DNA of 64,000 bases, taken from Dehalococcoidia bacterium (lineage in GTDB: Bacteria; Chloroflexota; Dehalococcoidia; Plut-88900). The translations under genes were made by a program, and so were the position numbers. The first letter of the stretch is position 1. Each line of letters starts with the position of its first letter. This document shows, piece after piece, positions 39,882 through 49,980 of this stretch. Location: contig OZ240215.1 in NCBI GenBank assembly GCA_965197585.1, forward strand, positions 1,792,001 through 1,856,000, given 5' to 3'. The notes below the pieces were generated by a model. It worked only from the letters and a program-made list of their open reading frames with translations, did no database searches and was not told the origin of the DNA.

Positions 39882-40466
39882 CTACCCACCCCCCGGACGC
39901 GCGATGGGTGTCCCTTTCTGGCACTCCGGGCACTCCTCAGGTTGATATACCGGGACTTCCACCTGATGACAGCTGTAAAGTGGCGCTCCCACCTCCACCC
40001 CTCCCCCCGAGCGATCAATCAGCACCCCCACCCCTACAACCTCCCCTCCACAATCTCCAACGGCATTGACCACGTCTACCACCGACCCTCCGGTAGTGAG
40101 AATATCGTCCACAATAAGCGTCTTCTCCCCAGACCCTACACTCAACCCCCGACGAAAGCCCCTGCCTTCTCCCACTCTCTCCGCATAGACGGCCCTCACT
40201 CCCATTAGTCTAGCCACCTCATACGCCAGTATCACCCCACCCAACGCCGGCCCCGCCACTACCTCCACTCCCGACCCCTCGAAGTGTTCGGCCACCATCC
40301 GGCACAAGCGGCCGGTGTATTCCGGGTATTGCAGCAGCCGGAACTTCTCCAGATATCTCGGCGAATGTAGTCCCGAGGTTAGAACAAAGTGTCCGTCCAG
40401 CACTACACTGGTCCTCGCCAACATATCGGCTACGCTGTCCCTGTCCACTGGATTGTCTTTGCTCAT
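39882..40466 (-). CDS. pyrE: Orotate phosphoribosyltransferase
   Basis: GHFVLTSGLHS, LIVDDILTTGGS; start re-called to 40466 (ATGA overlap with lepB). Confidence 0.93.
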   Translation of the reverse strand: MSKDNPVDRDSVADMLARTSVVLDGHFVLTSGLHSPRYLEKFRLLQYPEYTGRLCRMVAEHFEGSGVEVVAGPALGGVILAYEVARLMGVRAVYAERVGEGRGFRRGLSVGSGEKTLIVDDILTTGGSVVDVVNAVGDCGGEVVGVGVLIDRSGGGVEVGAPLYSCHQVEVPVYQPEECPECQKGTPIARPGGG

Positions 40467-41065
40467 TCCTCTGACTCCGGTTCGATTTGAAAGCTGTCCA
40501 CGGTCCCAAAATCTCCTGGCGGCCAGTAGGCCAGCCACGCCTTCCCAACAATCTGGCTCTTATAAATGGGCCCAAAAGTGTTCGAATCGTTGCTCCGGGG
40601 TCGGTTGTCTCCCAGTACAAAGTAGTGGTCCTCAGGAATCGTGCTCTCATCACGGTCCCTGGTATTCCCCAGCACGTACGGCTCGGAAATCGAGTGTCCG
40701 TTAATCTTGACAATCCCGTCCTCTATCTCCAGCGAGTCCCCCGGCAGCGCCACTATCCGTTTCACCAGTCTCTTCTCCATTTCTTGTGGAGATCTGATAA
40801 CCACCACGTCTCCCCTCTCTGGCTCTCCGAACAAGTGAAACTCCGACCCCTCGTCAACTTCGTAGAATGGGATAAACTTGGAGAGCCCTTCTACGTCCAG
40901 GGACATGTACGCAGCCTTGTTAACTATCACGTGCTGTCCGGAATGCAGGTTTGGCTCCATACTCTGCCCCAGCACTTGGTAGTTCTGTAACACGGCCTGC
41001 ACCACGAAGAAGAATACGGCAGCCAGCGCCAGTGCCTTAACAACATCGAGCAGCGATCTTTTCAT
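40463..41065 (-). CDS. lepB: Signal peptidase I
   Basis: N-terminal TM, SMEPNL, VKRIVALPGD, LGDNRPRSNDS. Confidence 0.94.
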   Translation of the reverse strand: MKRSLLDVVKALALAAVFFFVVQAVLQNYQVLGQSMEPNLHSGQHVIVNKAAYMSLDVEGLSKFIPFYEVDEGSEFHLFGEPERGDVVVIRSPQEMEKRLVKRIVALPGDSLEIEDGIVKINGHSISEPYVLGNTRDRDESTIPEDHYFVLGDNRPRSNDSNTFGPIYKSQIVGKAWLAYWPPGDFGTVDSFQIEPESEE

Positions 41066-41243
41066 CTCATTGGAAGCCTTGGACCCGAAGCATGATACTT
41101 GGAGTCCAATTATATCCGAGCCACCTGACCCCTGCCCCCGACCCTGTGGAACAAATCTGATGGCTAATTCGTCTTAGCAATGAATACGGGAAGCTAAATT
41201 GCCCGTCTCGGGCAAACCAAAATCCAACGCCCGTGGAGGAAAA

Positions 41244-42005
41244 ATGAGAAATCTCAAAAATGTCCTGGTCATCGTCGCCGTGCTGGCCATCGCCCTTGTC
41301 GCTGCTATCGCTTGTGGCGCGACAACGGAAGACCCCCCAACCCCTACCCCCGAGTCCAGTTCCGCTAATGCTCCCCAGGGCGGAATCTCCGTATCCGGGA
41401 CTGCGTCTATCTCCCTTGCCCCGGACACAGCCACTATCGTACTTGGCGTCGAGGCTCTGCATGAAACCGTAGCCCAAGCCCGCGCCGACGCCGCTGCCGC
41501 GATGACCAATATCGTAGACGTCCTCGCCGCTGCCGGCGTTGCAGATGAGGACATACAGACCCAACACCTTTCCATTCAGCCCCAATACGACTATAGCGGC
41601 GAGACCCGGGAGCTGAAGGGTTTCACCGTAGTTAACATCGTCAACGTCACTATCCGGGACATCGAGTCCGTTGGCGCCGTCATCGACCAAACCGTCGACG
41701 CTGGCGGCGACCTCACCCGCATCCAGTCTATCTACTTCTCCGTCGACGACACTTCCTCTTACGAAGATCAGCTCATCGAGGAGGCCGTACAGGACGCCAC
41801 GGCCAAGGCCCAACGCCTCGCCGATCTCACCGGCGTTACCCTCGGCAAACCTCTCTCCATCAACTACGGAGGCGGCGTCCCTTATCCCGTATTCGATCGC
41901 TCCTTTGGCATCGCAATGGCCGAATCCGCCGCCTTTGACACCCCCATCAGCGCCGGAGAAGTCGAGACCTCCGTCACCGTAAGCATCATCTTCGCCATCA
42001 ATTAA
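41244..42005 (+). CDS. SIMPL (DUF541) domain lipoprotein
   Basis: Lipobox AIAC, ISVSGTASISLAPD, DIQT, AVQDATAKAQRLA. Confidence 0.88.
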   Translation: MRNLKNVLVIVAVLAIALVAAIACGATTEDPPTPTPESSSANAPQGGISVSGTASISLAPDTATIVLGVEALHETVAQARADAAAAMTNIVDVLAAAGVADEDIQTQHLSIQPQYDYSGETRELKGFTVVNIVNVTIRDIESVGAVIDQTVDAGGDLTRIQSIYFSVDDTSSYEDQLIEEAVQDATAKAQRLADLTGVTLGKPLSINYGGGVPYPVFDRSFGIAMAESAAFDTPISAGEVETSVTVSIIFAIN

Positions 42006-42026
42006 CCCCCCACCACCCACCTGTTA

Positions 42027-42067
42027 AAGAAAACGGGGCGATTGCTAAGCAATCGCCCCGTTTTCTT
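42027..42067 (+). terminator. Rho-independent terminator
   Basis: AAGAAAACGGGGCGATTGC-TAA-GCAATCGCCCCGTTTTCTT. Confidence 0.9.
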
Positions 42068-42187
42068 ATCCAAGTCCCTTTAAGAATCAAATCCCCCTTC
42101 TCAGACGATACCTTTGCACATTCGTCATCCCCGCCCCTGACCCGGCTCACAAAGTATGGCCTTTCCATTCCTAGGAGGCGGGGTATT

Positions 42188-42247
42188 CCGCTCGCCCTGT
42201 CGTAGATCAGCTGAGGGGGAAGCCGAGTCGAAGGGTCTCAAGAGCGG
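42188..42247. repeat. REP-like palindrome with inserted module
   Basis: CCGCTCGCCCTG...GTCGAAGGGT...GAGCGG; same family as 54738, 54912, 58386/59534 and 62164. Confidence 0.65.
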
Positions 42248-42462
42248 AATGGGTGGGGCTTCTCCGCCCCAACACCATGAGTTACGCAAACCTCCCTCGA
42301 TGGGCCGTAGGTGCGCCTCTGGCGTGAGAAAGCTAGAGCCTGCCCTGTGATGAGTCGAAGGGGTGAGGGTATTCCCCTCCCCCTAGACCACCCACCCGCG
42401 TATTGCTAATATATCCCATCCGCACCATAACTCACCTTGTCGGACACCCATCGGAGTTTAGA

Positions 42463-43053
42463 GTGGTACTCAGCGATAGAACAATAAGAGAAGAGATCAG
42501 CGGGGGCCGTATCGTCATCGATCCCCTCGACCCCGCCGACATCCAGCCCGCCAGCATCGACGTCCACCTCGACGACAAGGTCCTTGTCTTCCGCAATTCC
42601 CGTAAACCCTTCATCGACGTCCGACAGGACACCACCGACCTCACCGAAATGGAACAGATCTCCGAAGATAATCCATTCATCCTTCATCCGGGTGAGTTCG
42701 TCCTTGCCAGCACCACCGAGCACATTGAAATCCCCGACGACATCGTCGCCCGCCTCGAAGGAAAGAGCTCCCTAGGCCGCATCGGCCTCCTTATCCACTC
42801 CACTGCCGGTTACGTAGACCCTGGCTGGAAGGGCCATCTCACCTTGGAGCTCAGCAACGTCGCCAACCTCCCCGTCACCCTCTACTCAGGCATGAAAATC
42901 GGACAGATATCCTTCTTGCGACTCACCAGCCCCGCCGAGAATCTCTATGGCTCCAAGAATCTCGGCAGCAAGTATCAAGGCCAGACCCAACCGACCGCTA
43001 GCAGGATCCATGTAGACTTCAAACCTGGCTCCTCCGGAGACCGGAGCGGTTGA
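42463..43053 (+). CDS. dcd: dCTP deaminase
   Basis: VLSDRTI, IQPASID, ARLEGKSSLGR, TAGYVDPGW, SKYQGQ; start GTG at 42463. Confidence 0.95.
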   Translation: MVLSDRTIREEISGGRIVIDPLDPADIQPASIDVHLDDKVLVFRNSRKPFIDVRQDTTDLTEMEQISEDNPFILHPGEFVLASTTEHIEIPDDIVARLEGKSSLGRIGLLIHSTAGYVDPGWKGHLTLELSNVANLPVTLYSGMKIGQISFLRLTSPAENLYGSKNLGSKYQGQTQPTASRIHVDFKPGSSGDRSG

Positions 43054-44162
43054 ACCTCCTGTCCCGTCCACCCCTCCCCGCCACGGACTACATGGAGTAC
43101 TGCATCTCCCTGGCGCGGCGCTCCCTTGGCATCTCCTCACCTAATCCCGCCGTCGGTGCCGTAGTGGTGAGAGATGGCGAAGTCGTCGGAGAGGGCAATA
43201 CCCGGCCCCCAGGCCAGTCCCACGCCGAGATCGTAGCCCTGAATCAAGCCGGCTCTGCTGCCCGTGGCTCGGAGATATACGTCACTCTCGAACCGTGCTG
43301 CTTCGCCGGACGCACCCCTCCCTGCACCACCGCCATCATCGAACGCGGTGTCTCCCGAGTCCATGTCGCCGCCGTTGACCCCAACCCCCGAGTCTCAGGA
43401 AAAGGCGTCCGGGAACTGGAGAGGGCCGGCATAGACGTAGTGCTCGGGGAGTCCCGCAGATCAGCGGAGCGCGTAGTGGAGGGCTACTCCAAGTACATAA
43501 CCACCGGCAGGCCCTTCGTCACTGCCAAGTTCGCCGCTAGCCTGGATGGAAAGATAGCCACCCGATCAGGTGAGTCCCAATGGATCACGGGCCCCGAGGC
43601 CCGCGCCCGCGCCCACGAAATACGCCGCAGCGTCGACGCAATACTCGTCGGCGCAGGTACAGTCAATGCCGACAATCCCAGGCTCACAGCCCGGGACTCC
43701 AAGGGTAACCCTCTCGACCGACAACCCACTCGCATAATAATTGCAGGCAAGTCCCGTATCTCCCCTGATGCCCTTATCTTCAATCAACCGGGAAGCGCCA
43801 TCCTCGCTACACCCGAACTATCCCCCGACCTCCGTTCACGCCTCGAAGGAAAGGGAGTAGAGGTTATTATCGTCCCCCAAGCTGGTACAGGCGTCGATCT
43901 GAACGCATTGCTGGACCTGTTCGGCCAAAAGGAAATGACCAACGTTCTCGTCGAGGGCGGCGGCGCCCTCCTCGGATCATTCTTCGATAATCGACTCGTA
44001 GAAAAAGTTGTTGCTTTCCTTGCGCCGGTTATAATAGGCGGAGACAATAGCCCCGGGGCCATTGGCGGTATCGGTGCCGAGGCTATGGCCGATGTGCTTA
44101 GACTCACCAATATCGAGATAGAGACCCTCGGCCCTGACATAGTGCTAACGGGATACGCCTAG
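43050..44162 (+). CDS. ribD: Bifunctional riboflavin deaminase/reductase RibD
   Basis: PNPAVG, HAE, TLEPCC..GRTPPC, SLDGKIA, VEGGG. Confidence 0.96.
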   Translation: MNLLSRPPLPATDYMEYCISLARRSLGISSPNPAVGAVVVRDGEVVGEGNTRPPGQSHAEIVALNQAGSAARGSEIYVTLEPCCFAGRTPPCTTAIIERGVSRVHVAAVDPNPRVSGKGVRELERAGIDVVLGESRRSAERVVEGYSKYITTGRPFVTAKFAASLDGKIATRSGESQWITGPEARARAHEIRRSVDAILVGAGTVNADNPRLTARDSKGNPLDRQPTRIIIAGKSRISPDALIFNQPGSAILATPELSPDLRSRLEGKGVEVIIVPQAGTGVDLNALLDLFGQKEMTNVLVEGGGALLGSFFDNRLVEKVVAFLAPVIIGGDNSPGAIGGIGAEAMADVLRLTNIEIETLGPDIVLTGYA

Positions 44163-44176
44163 AAACAGCGGACATA

Positions 44177-44800
44177 TTGTTTACTGGCATAGTCGAAGAG
44201 CTTGGCCGGGCCCTTTCAATGGATAGTTCCCGGTTGTCCATCTCCGCTTCTACCGTATTGGACGACTCCCGAATTGGCGATAGTATCGCCGTCAACGGCA
44301 CCTGCCTGACCATAACCGACATCTGCGAAGACTGCCTCTCCTTTGACGTCATGCCCGAGACCCTGCGTCGCACCAACCTCGGAGCCCTCGAACCCGGCGC
44401 CCCTGTCAACCTGGAGAGGCCCTTGACGCTCAACTCCAGGCTCGGTGGCCACATAATGCAGGGCCATGTGGACGGTTCTGGCACAGTCGTCTCCATCACC
44501 CCCGACAAAGGCGCTTGGATCATGGAGATCAGGCCCCCGGCGGAGCTTCTGCCCTACATTGTTGACAAAGGCTTCATCGGCGTAGACGGTGCAAGCCTGA
44601 CTGTCATGGACCGCCTCCCCGAGACCTTCACTATCTCCCTGGTCACCTACACCTGGGAGCACACTACTCTCAGCCAACGCTCCATCGGAAAATCCGTCAA
44701 CCTGGAAGTCGATATACTGGCCAAATACGTAGAGCAGCTCGTCAAAGGTGGCGATCTGTCAGGGTCCCCTCTATCTACCCTCGCAAGCCCTCAGTCCTAG
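44177..44800 (+). CDS. ribE: Riboflavin synthase
   Basis: MFTGIVEELG, GDSIAVNGTCLT, GGHIMQGHVD. Confidence 0.96.
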   Translation: MFTGIVEELGRALSMDSSRLSISASTVLDDSRIGDSIAVNGTCLTITDICEDCLSFDVMPETLRRTNLGALEPGAPVNLERPLTLNSRLGGHIMQGHVDGSGTVVSITPDKGAWIMEIRPPAELLPYIVDKGFIGVDGASLTVMDRLPETFTISLVTYTWEHTTLSQRSIGKSVNLEVDILAKYVEQLVKGGDLSGSPLSTLASPQS

Positions 44801-44826
44801 CAGTCCTGGAAACCGGAGGATACCGG

Positions 44827-46020
44827 ATGCCATTTGCCACCATCCCCGAGGCCATTCAAGATTTCCAAGCCGGGAAGATGGTCATCATTGTCGATGACGA
44901 GGACCGGGAGAACGAGGGCGATCTCGCCATCGCCGCCGACAAGTGCAACCCTGAAATCATCAATTTCATGGCCGGGCACGGGCGCGGTCTCATCTGCATT
45001 TCCATGACCGGGGAACGCCTCGAAGAGCTCCGGATCCCCATGATGGTCCAGGACAACACCGCACCCTTCAGCACCGCATTTACTGTCACTGTCGAGGGCC
45101 GGCGCGAGGTCACCACCGGCATCTCCGCCTTTGACCGGGCCCGCACCGTCGCCACCCTCATAGACCCCGACGCTCGGCCCGAAGACCTCTCCCGCCCTGG
45201 GCACATGTTCCCCCTCCGTGCTCGCGAGGGTGGCGTACTCGTCCGTGCCGGCCAGACCGAGGCCGTCGTTGATCTCGCTAAGCTCTCCGGTCTCTACCCC
45301 GCCGGCGTGATTTGCGAAATCATGAACGAAGACGGCTCCATGGCCCGGCTTACTCACCTCACCAAGTTCGCCAATGAGCACTCCCTCAAGATAATAACAG
45401 TCGCCGATCTCATCTCGTTCCGCATGCGCAACGACAAGCTCGTCAAGCGCATCGCTGAGTCCCATCTCCCAACCTCCTACGGGGAGTTCCAGGCTATCGC
45501 CTACACCACCTCTATTAACCAGGACGAGCACATGGCCCTAGTCAAGGGTGATATCTCCGACGGCGACCCCGTCCTGGTACGTGTCCACAGTCAGTGCCTC
45601 ACCGGAGACGTCTTCACCAGCTCCCGCTGCGACTGCGGTGAGCAGATGGGCCTCGCCCTCAATGCAATCGAAAAAGAGGGCCGAGGCGTATTCCTCTACA
45701 TGCGCCAGGAGGGCCGAGGCATCGGCCTCCACAACAAGATCAAAGCCTACGCCCTCCAGGACCACGGCATGGACACCGTCGAAGCCAACGAAGCTTTAGG
45801 CTTCCCCGCAGACCGCCGGGACTACGGCATCGGCATGCAGATCCTCGTTGACCTCGGCATCCGGGAGATGCGCCTCCTGACCAACAATCCAGCCAAGCGT
45901 GCGGGATTGGAAGGCTACAACCTCCAGGTCGTTGAGAGGGTTCCCATTAAACCCACGGTCAACCAGCACAACAGGCATTACCTGGAGACCAAAAAACAAA
46001 AACTCGGGCACCTTATCTAG
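44827..46020 (+). CDS. ribBA: Bifunctional DHBP synthase/GTP cyclohydrolase II
   Basis: DDEDRENEGD, RPGHMFPL, RVHSQCLTGD, RCDCG, QEGRGIGL. Confidence 0.97.
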   Translation: MPFATIPEAIQDFQAGKMVIIVDDEDRENEGDLAIAADKCNPEIINFMAGHGRGLICISMTGERLEELRIPMMVQDNTAPFSTAFTVTVEGRREVTTGISAFDRARTVATLIDPDARPEDLSRPGHMFPLRAREGGVLVRAGQTEAVVDLAKLSGLYPAGVICEIMNEDGSMARLTHLTKFANEHSLKIITVADLISFRMRNDKLVKRIAESHLPTSYGEFQAIAYTTSINQDEHMALVKGDISDGDPVLVRVHSQCLTGDVFTSSRCDCGEQMGLALNAIEKEGRGVFLYMRQEGRGIGLHNKIKAYALQDHGMDTVEANEALGFPADRRDYGIGMQILVDLGIREMRLLTNNPAKRAGLEGYNLQVVERVPIKPTVNQHNRHYLETKKQKLGHLI

Positions 46021-46039
46021 CCGGAGTTCTGCACGTCTA

Positions 46040-46519
46040 ATGGGTAAAACATTCAAGGGCGACACCCTCGGCAAGGGCCTCCGAATCGGCATCGCCGTAT
46101 CCCGGTTCAACGAGCCCGTAACTACCCGGCTCCTTGATGGCGCACTGGAAGGGCTGAATGCCAACGGCGTCTCCCAATACGCCGTCGACGTAGCCTGGAC
46201 CCCCGGCGCCCTGGAACTGCCCATCGTGGCCAAACAGATGGCGGGCAGCGGCCGCTACGATGCCATAATCTGCCTCGGCGCTGTCATAAGGGGCGAGACC
46301 GCTCACTTTGACTACGTTTCCGCAGGCGCACAGCAAGGTGTCGTCAAAGCATCCCTGGACACAGGGGTTCCCATCCTCTTTGGAGTCCTCACCACCGACG
46401 ACACAGCCCAGGCCATGGAACGCTCCGGCGGCAAGAAGGGCAACAAGGGCTTCGACGCAGCCGCCGGTGCCATCGAGATGGCCAACCTCCTAAAGTCCCT
46501 CCCCGGAAGCTACACATAG
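46040..46519 (+). CDS. ribH: 6,7-dimethyl-8-ribityllumazine synthase
   Basis: SRFNE, PGALELP, GAVIRGETAHFDYV; start re-called to ATG at 46040. Confidence 0.96.
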   Translation: MGKTFKGDTLGKGLRIGIAVSRFNEPVTTRLLDGALEGLNANGVSQYAVDVAWTPGALELPIVAKQMAGSGRYDAIICLGAVIRGETAHFDYVSAGAQQGVVKASLDTGVPILFGVLTTDDTAQAMERSGGKKGNKGFDAAAGAIEMANLLKSLPGSYT

Positions 46520-46659
46520 CAGACTGCTAAAGTATGGGGTGTGCAGAGAGGCTCCACCCCTCGCCGGGAGTCTGAGGGTGTCCCTCAGATATCACTTTCT
46601 CTCCCTTCCAGGTCAGGAAGGGGCTGCGGGAAAACTCCAAAATGTTTTTCCGCAGCCTG
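46520..46659. mobile_element. Probable MITE
   Basis: Imperfect TIRs CAGACTGCTAAA / TTCCGCAGCCTG flanked by ATAG and CTAG; internal hairpins TCTGAGGG-TGT-CCCTCAGA and CCCTTCC...GGAAGGG. Confidence 0.5.
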
Positions 46660-46698
46660 CTAGCGCTTGCCGTTTCGAATCAAAGGCATTTAGGACTG

Positions 46699-47514
46699 CT
46701 ATGCCCTGGATGCGTCCCAGCTGCCTTTCCACCTTGGGCGCCAATCTGTCCACTTCGTAAACTCCTTTGGAGTAATGCCTGTTTCATAGATTTCAACGGC
46801 GATTGGGAGCTTACTAAAAGTTTCCGGAATCAAGCTGCTATCTCCGTCTGGGCAGACTGAGACCGAAATTAGCAGGTCGATTTCCGCGTAAAACTCTATG
46901 TAGTCACCTTTCTTGGCGTCGGTCTTGGTGAAGTATCGACGCCCGGTCAGCCCATCGATGCGCATCTTCTGAAAGAGGTTGACGTTGTCGCCAATTACAT
47001 CCTGTTCGGTCAGGCCCAGAGACTCCGCACCTTGCAACAGGTTGAGGTGACACCCGTTTAAACCAGCCTCACCGAAGGTCAATTCCCAGATTTCTGAAGA
47101 ACAGTGACTCCCCGGGAAGTGGGCATGCCACCCCTCATCCGCCGGTCCTGTTACTACCGTGTCCTCGATACAGGTCGCAATCGGGCGATATCTGGGGACG
47201 TCGGACCAAAGTCTAAAATTTGTCGTGATAAATAGTCCTTCAGCAAGAAGGGTCTGATTAAGACTAAGCGATTCCCGCTGAGGACAATCGGCGTTCCACA
47301 GACATACGTCTACAACTTGGGGTCCTTCCTCCTCTATTACCCTGAAAGTTTGCCCCTTGCTTACCCGGAATCCTCTTCCGTTGTCGGGTGGAATTATTGT
47401 CCTCTGCAATAAGGTTCGCTTGGAAGCCCTTGCTCGGATATTATCGTAGAACTCGATATCCATCCTGTATAGTTCGGGATTGGCATCGATCAAACTTTTC
47501 TCAGTGGATTTCAT
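46699..47514 (-). CDS. DUF1989 / urea carboxylase-associated family protein
   Basis: GQTFRVIEEEGPQVVD, GCHLNL, NVNLFQ, GDYIEFYAEIDL..VSVCP. Confidence 0.85.
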   Translation of the reverse strand: MKSTEKSLIDANPELYRMDIEFYDNIRARASKRTLLQRTIIPPDNGRGFRVSKGQTFRVIEEEGPQVVDVCLWNADCPQRESLSLNQTLLAEGLFITTNFRLWSDVPRYRPIATCIEDTVVTGPADEGWHAHFPGSHCSSEIWELTFGEAGLNGCHLNLLQGAESLGLTEQDVIGDNVNLFQKMRIDGLTGRRYFTKTDAKKGDYIEFYAEIDLLISVSVCPDGDSSLIPETFSKLPIAVEIYETGITPKEFTKWTDWRPRWKGSWDASRA

Positions 47515-47621
47515 AAGTGTCTCTCCTCTCGAGTATTGCCGAACCTGTGTAAGGAATCATGCGCGGGAGCATGTACTCATATTCACTCCCTGGAGAACAG
47601 TGACAAGGCGAAACCTTTCAA

Positions 47622-48101
47622 CTACCTCACCGCAAACACCTGGTACCCGATGCACGGCGATGGCAGGTCTTCTGGTATAAACCCCCGAGCCACACCCAGC
47701 GTGCCATTCAACCACCGGTAACTTTCCGAGGCTGTCTCGAACAGCACCGACACGTAGAAGTAGTTCTCGTCCTGCGAGGCCAGCTCTCCACTATTCTGCG
47801 CCTCGGTGAACTCCTCGCTGTACCGCACGACTCCTTTATAGCTCATCATTATCACGTCTCCGCCCTCCGACTGGATCGTGATCCTCGCATCCACCTCTCC
47901 AACCCCGTCGTGGCGCATCAGAAACGGGTCGCCACCCCCCTCCAACACCTCCCCGTTCAACCGAGGTCCCCACACCTTCGCCCCAGCCTTCGGATACGTA
48001 ATCCTCCGAAGTCCCAGCGGCCCATCACCTATCAAATGATGCGGCCCCTGCGGAATCCGCACCTCGAACAAAAACTCAGTCTCTATATTTTTCGGCTCCA
48101 T
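47622..48101 (-). CDS. DUF3237 family protein
   Basis: GPLGLRRI, GPRLNGEVLEGGGD, YF...FET...YRWLN. Confidence 0.82.
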   Translation of the reverse strand: MEPKNIETEFLFEVRIPQGPHHLIGDGPLGLRRITYPKAGAKVWGPRLNGEVLEGGGDPFLMRHDGVGEVDARITIQSEGGDVIMMSYKGVVRYSEEFTEAQNSGELASQDENYFYVSVLFETASESYRWLNGTLGVARGFIPEDLPSPCIGYQVFAVR

Positions 48102-48163
48102 CTCCTCCTCCTTTGAGAAAGGTTACAACCACCCCATTCTACCCTCCATGCCCACCCTTTTTG

Positions 48164-48194
48164 ACTGTCATTCCGAGGCTCCGCGAGGAATCTA
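48164..48194. repeat. Second REP-like family, copy 1
   Basis: ACTGTCATTCCGAGGCTCCGCGAGGAATCTA; near-identical copy at 55809-55839. Confidence 0.7.
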
Positions 48195-48410
48195 AGGCGC
48201 ATTTCTCCCCAAACTAGTCATTTCATTAGCCCTTCCACATGACGCTGAGTCCTACTTCTCTCCCACTTCCTCCCCGTAGGGACAGGTCTCGGCCTGCCCT
48301 GCCCCCTCCCCCCATTCCGGCCCCAAGTCATACCCCTCAACCCCCTTGCCTCCCCACCCCCCTCCCCGATACCATCACCCTACCATAACCCTTCTCCCGG
48401 AGAACCTCAC

Positions 48411-49286
48411 ATGCCTAAAGCCAATGTCAACGGCCTAAACATTCACTACGAGACCCGTGGCCAGGGATTTCCCATCGTCTTCGTCCACGAATACGCGGGC
48501 AGCTGGGAGAGCTGGAACTCCCAGGTCGACTTCTTCTCCCGAACCCACCTCACCGTCGCCTACAACGCCCGAGGCTATCCCCCCTCAGACGCCCCCACGG
48601 ACCCAGACGCCTACTCTCAGCAGCACGCCGTCGACGACCTCCATGGCATCCTCAAACACTTGGAAATCGAGCAGGCCTACATCTGCGGCCTCTCCATGGG
48701 AGGTAACGTCGCACTCCACTTCGCCTTCCAGCACCCGGATATGACCCGCGGCATCGTCGTCGCCGGCACAGGGTCCGGCAGCACCGACTCTTCCCGATGG
48801 GGCCGCCAAATCGACGACCTCGCTACCAGGATGGAGACCCAGGGTATGGAGTCTATGGCCTTCTATACGAAAACACCCACCCGAGTCCAGCTCCTCCGCA
48901 AAGACTCTGACGCCTGGGAGGAGTTCAACCGGCTCTTCCTTTCCCACTCCGCCATCGGCTCCGCCCTAACCTTCAGGGGTGTCCAGGGCAAGAGACCCTC
49001 GATATTCGACCTCACTGATCAGTGCCGCCAACTCTCCGTACCGACCCTCATCATGGTCGGCGACGAAGACGCCCCCTGCATCGAGACCTCCATCTTCCTA
49101 AAGCGCAACATCCCCACTTCTGGGCTTCTGGTCTTCCCCCAGACCGGCCACACCATGAACCTCGAAGAGCCCGCCCTCTTCAGCCACTCAATCCAGATGT
49201 TCATCAAGGCCGTCGAAGAGGACCGCTGGGCCACCTCCGACATCGAAGAGTCCCCCAATTTCCTCATCACCCCAGACTCACCTTGA
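48411..49286 (+). CDS. Alpha/beta hydrolase
   Basis: GLSMGG nucleophile elbow, GDED, GHTMNLEEP. Confidence 0.92.
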   Translation: MPKANVNGLNIHYETRGQGFPIVFVHEYAGSWESWNSQVDFFSRTHLTVAYNARGYPPSDAPTDPDAYSQQHAVDDLHGILKHLEIEQAYICGLSMGGNVALHFAFQHPDMTRGIVVAGTGSGSTDSSRWGRQIDDLATRMETQGMESMAFYTKTPTRVQLLRKDSDAWEEFNRLFLSHSAIGSALTFRGVQGKRPSIFDLTDQCRQLSVPTLIMVGDEDAPCIETSIFLKRNIPTSGLLVFPQTGHTMNLEEPALFSHSIQMFIKAVEEDRWATSDIEESPNFLITPDSP

Positions 49287-49290
49287 ACTC

Positions 49291-49935
49291 CTAAAGTCCA
49301 GTCTCTTGGCCTTGGCGGCTGACTCTGGTCTGGAATCCTAGGGCGTAAGATGCATAGTACTGGTAGTGCCTTCCCGCGACACAAACGAACGAGAGCAGGT
49401 TCAGACCCTCGGCGCTGAATATTGACGCCCGATGTTTAGCAGTTTCCAAGTCTATGGAGCTTGGTTCGTGATAGGAGAAATTTGCTGGGTCGGATGCGGG
49501 ATGATTGTGGAAAGTGAGGATTGTTGAATATCCTCCTTGCTTAGCGATCCTGACAATGGCCTCATTCGACAGATACGTCGATGCTTGAGTTCCGTCGGGG
49601 CCTTTGTTTAGCCAGGCCTTTGTAACCCTTTTGTTCTTCTCGAATCCCACAATGACCCATTCGTGTCTCTTGTATTTCAAAAGACCCGCCGCAAGTGCCG
49701 GAAACTCGGACAGGCTCTCATCCAAGTTGTAGAACTCCCCCTCAGCATTCATAGTCGACTTTAGGAAGCTGTTTACGTTGAACTTACGTTCGTCGAAAGA
49801 AAAATACCTTTCCAAGGGGGTCTTTGGCCTCTGCTCGGCTTTGCGTTTCTTTGCGGCGTTATCCCCGAAAAAAACGACTATGAATAGACCAAAGATAATT
49901 AGGCCACCAATTATCGTTACTGCCAGTCCTTCCAT
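49291..49935 (-). CDS. Membrane-anchored JAB/MPN-domain protein
   Basis: N-terminal TM; E (RHEW) ... HNHP ... PSSID, i.e. a JAMM-like motif. Confidence 0.65.
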   Translation of the reverse strand: MEGLAVTIIGGLIIFGLFIVVFFGDNAAKKRKAEQRPKTPLERYFSFDERKFNVNSFLKSTMNAEGEFYNLDESLSEFPALAAGLLKYKRHEWVIVGFEKNKRVTKAWLNKGPDGTQASTYLSNEAIVRIAKQGGYSTILTFHNHPASDPANFSYHEPSSIDLETAKHRASIFSAEGLNLLSFVCVAGRHYQYYASYALGFQTRVSRQGQETGL

Positions 49936-49980
49936 CCCGACCTCTAACTTCCTAACCGCCTCAAACTCATCTTAGCCCCC

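Noticed and set aside
41067-42020. 317-aa minus-strand ORF
   Set aside because: Antisense shadow of the SIMPL gene caused by codon bias.
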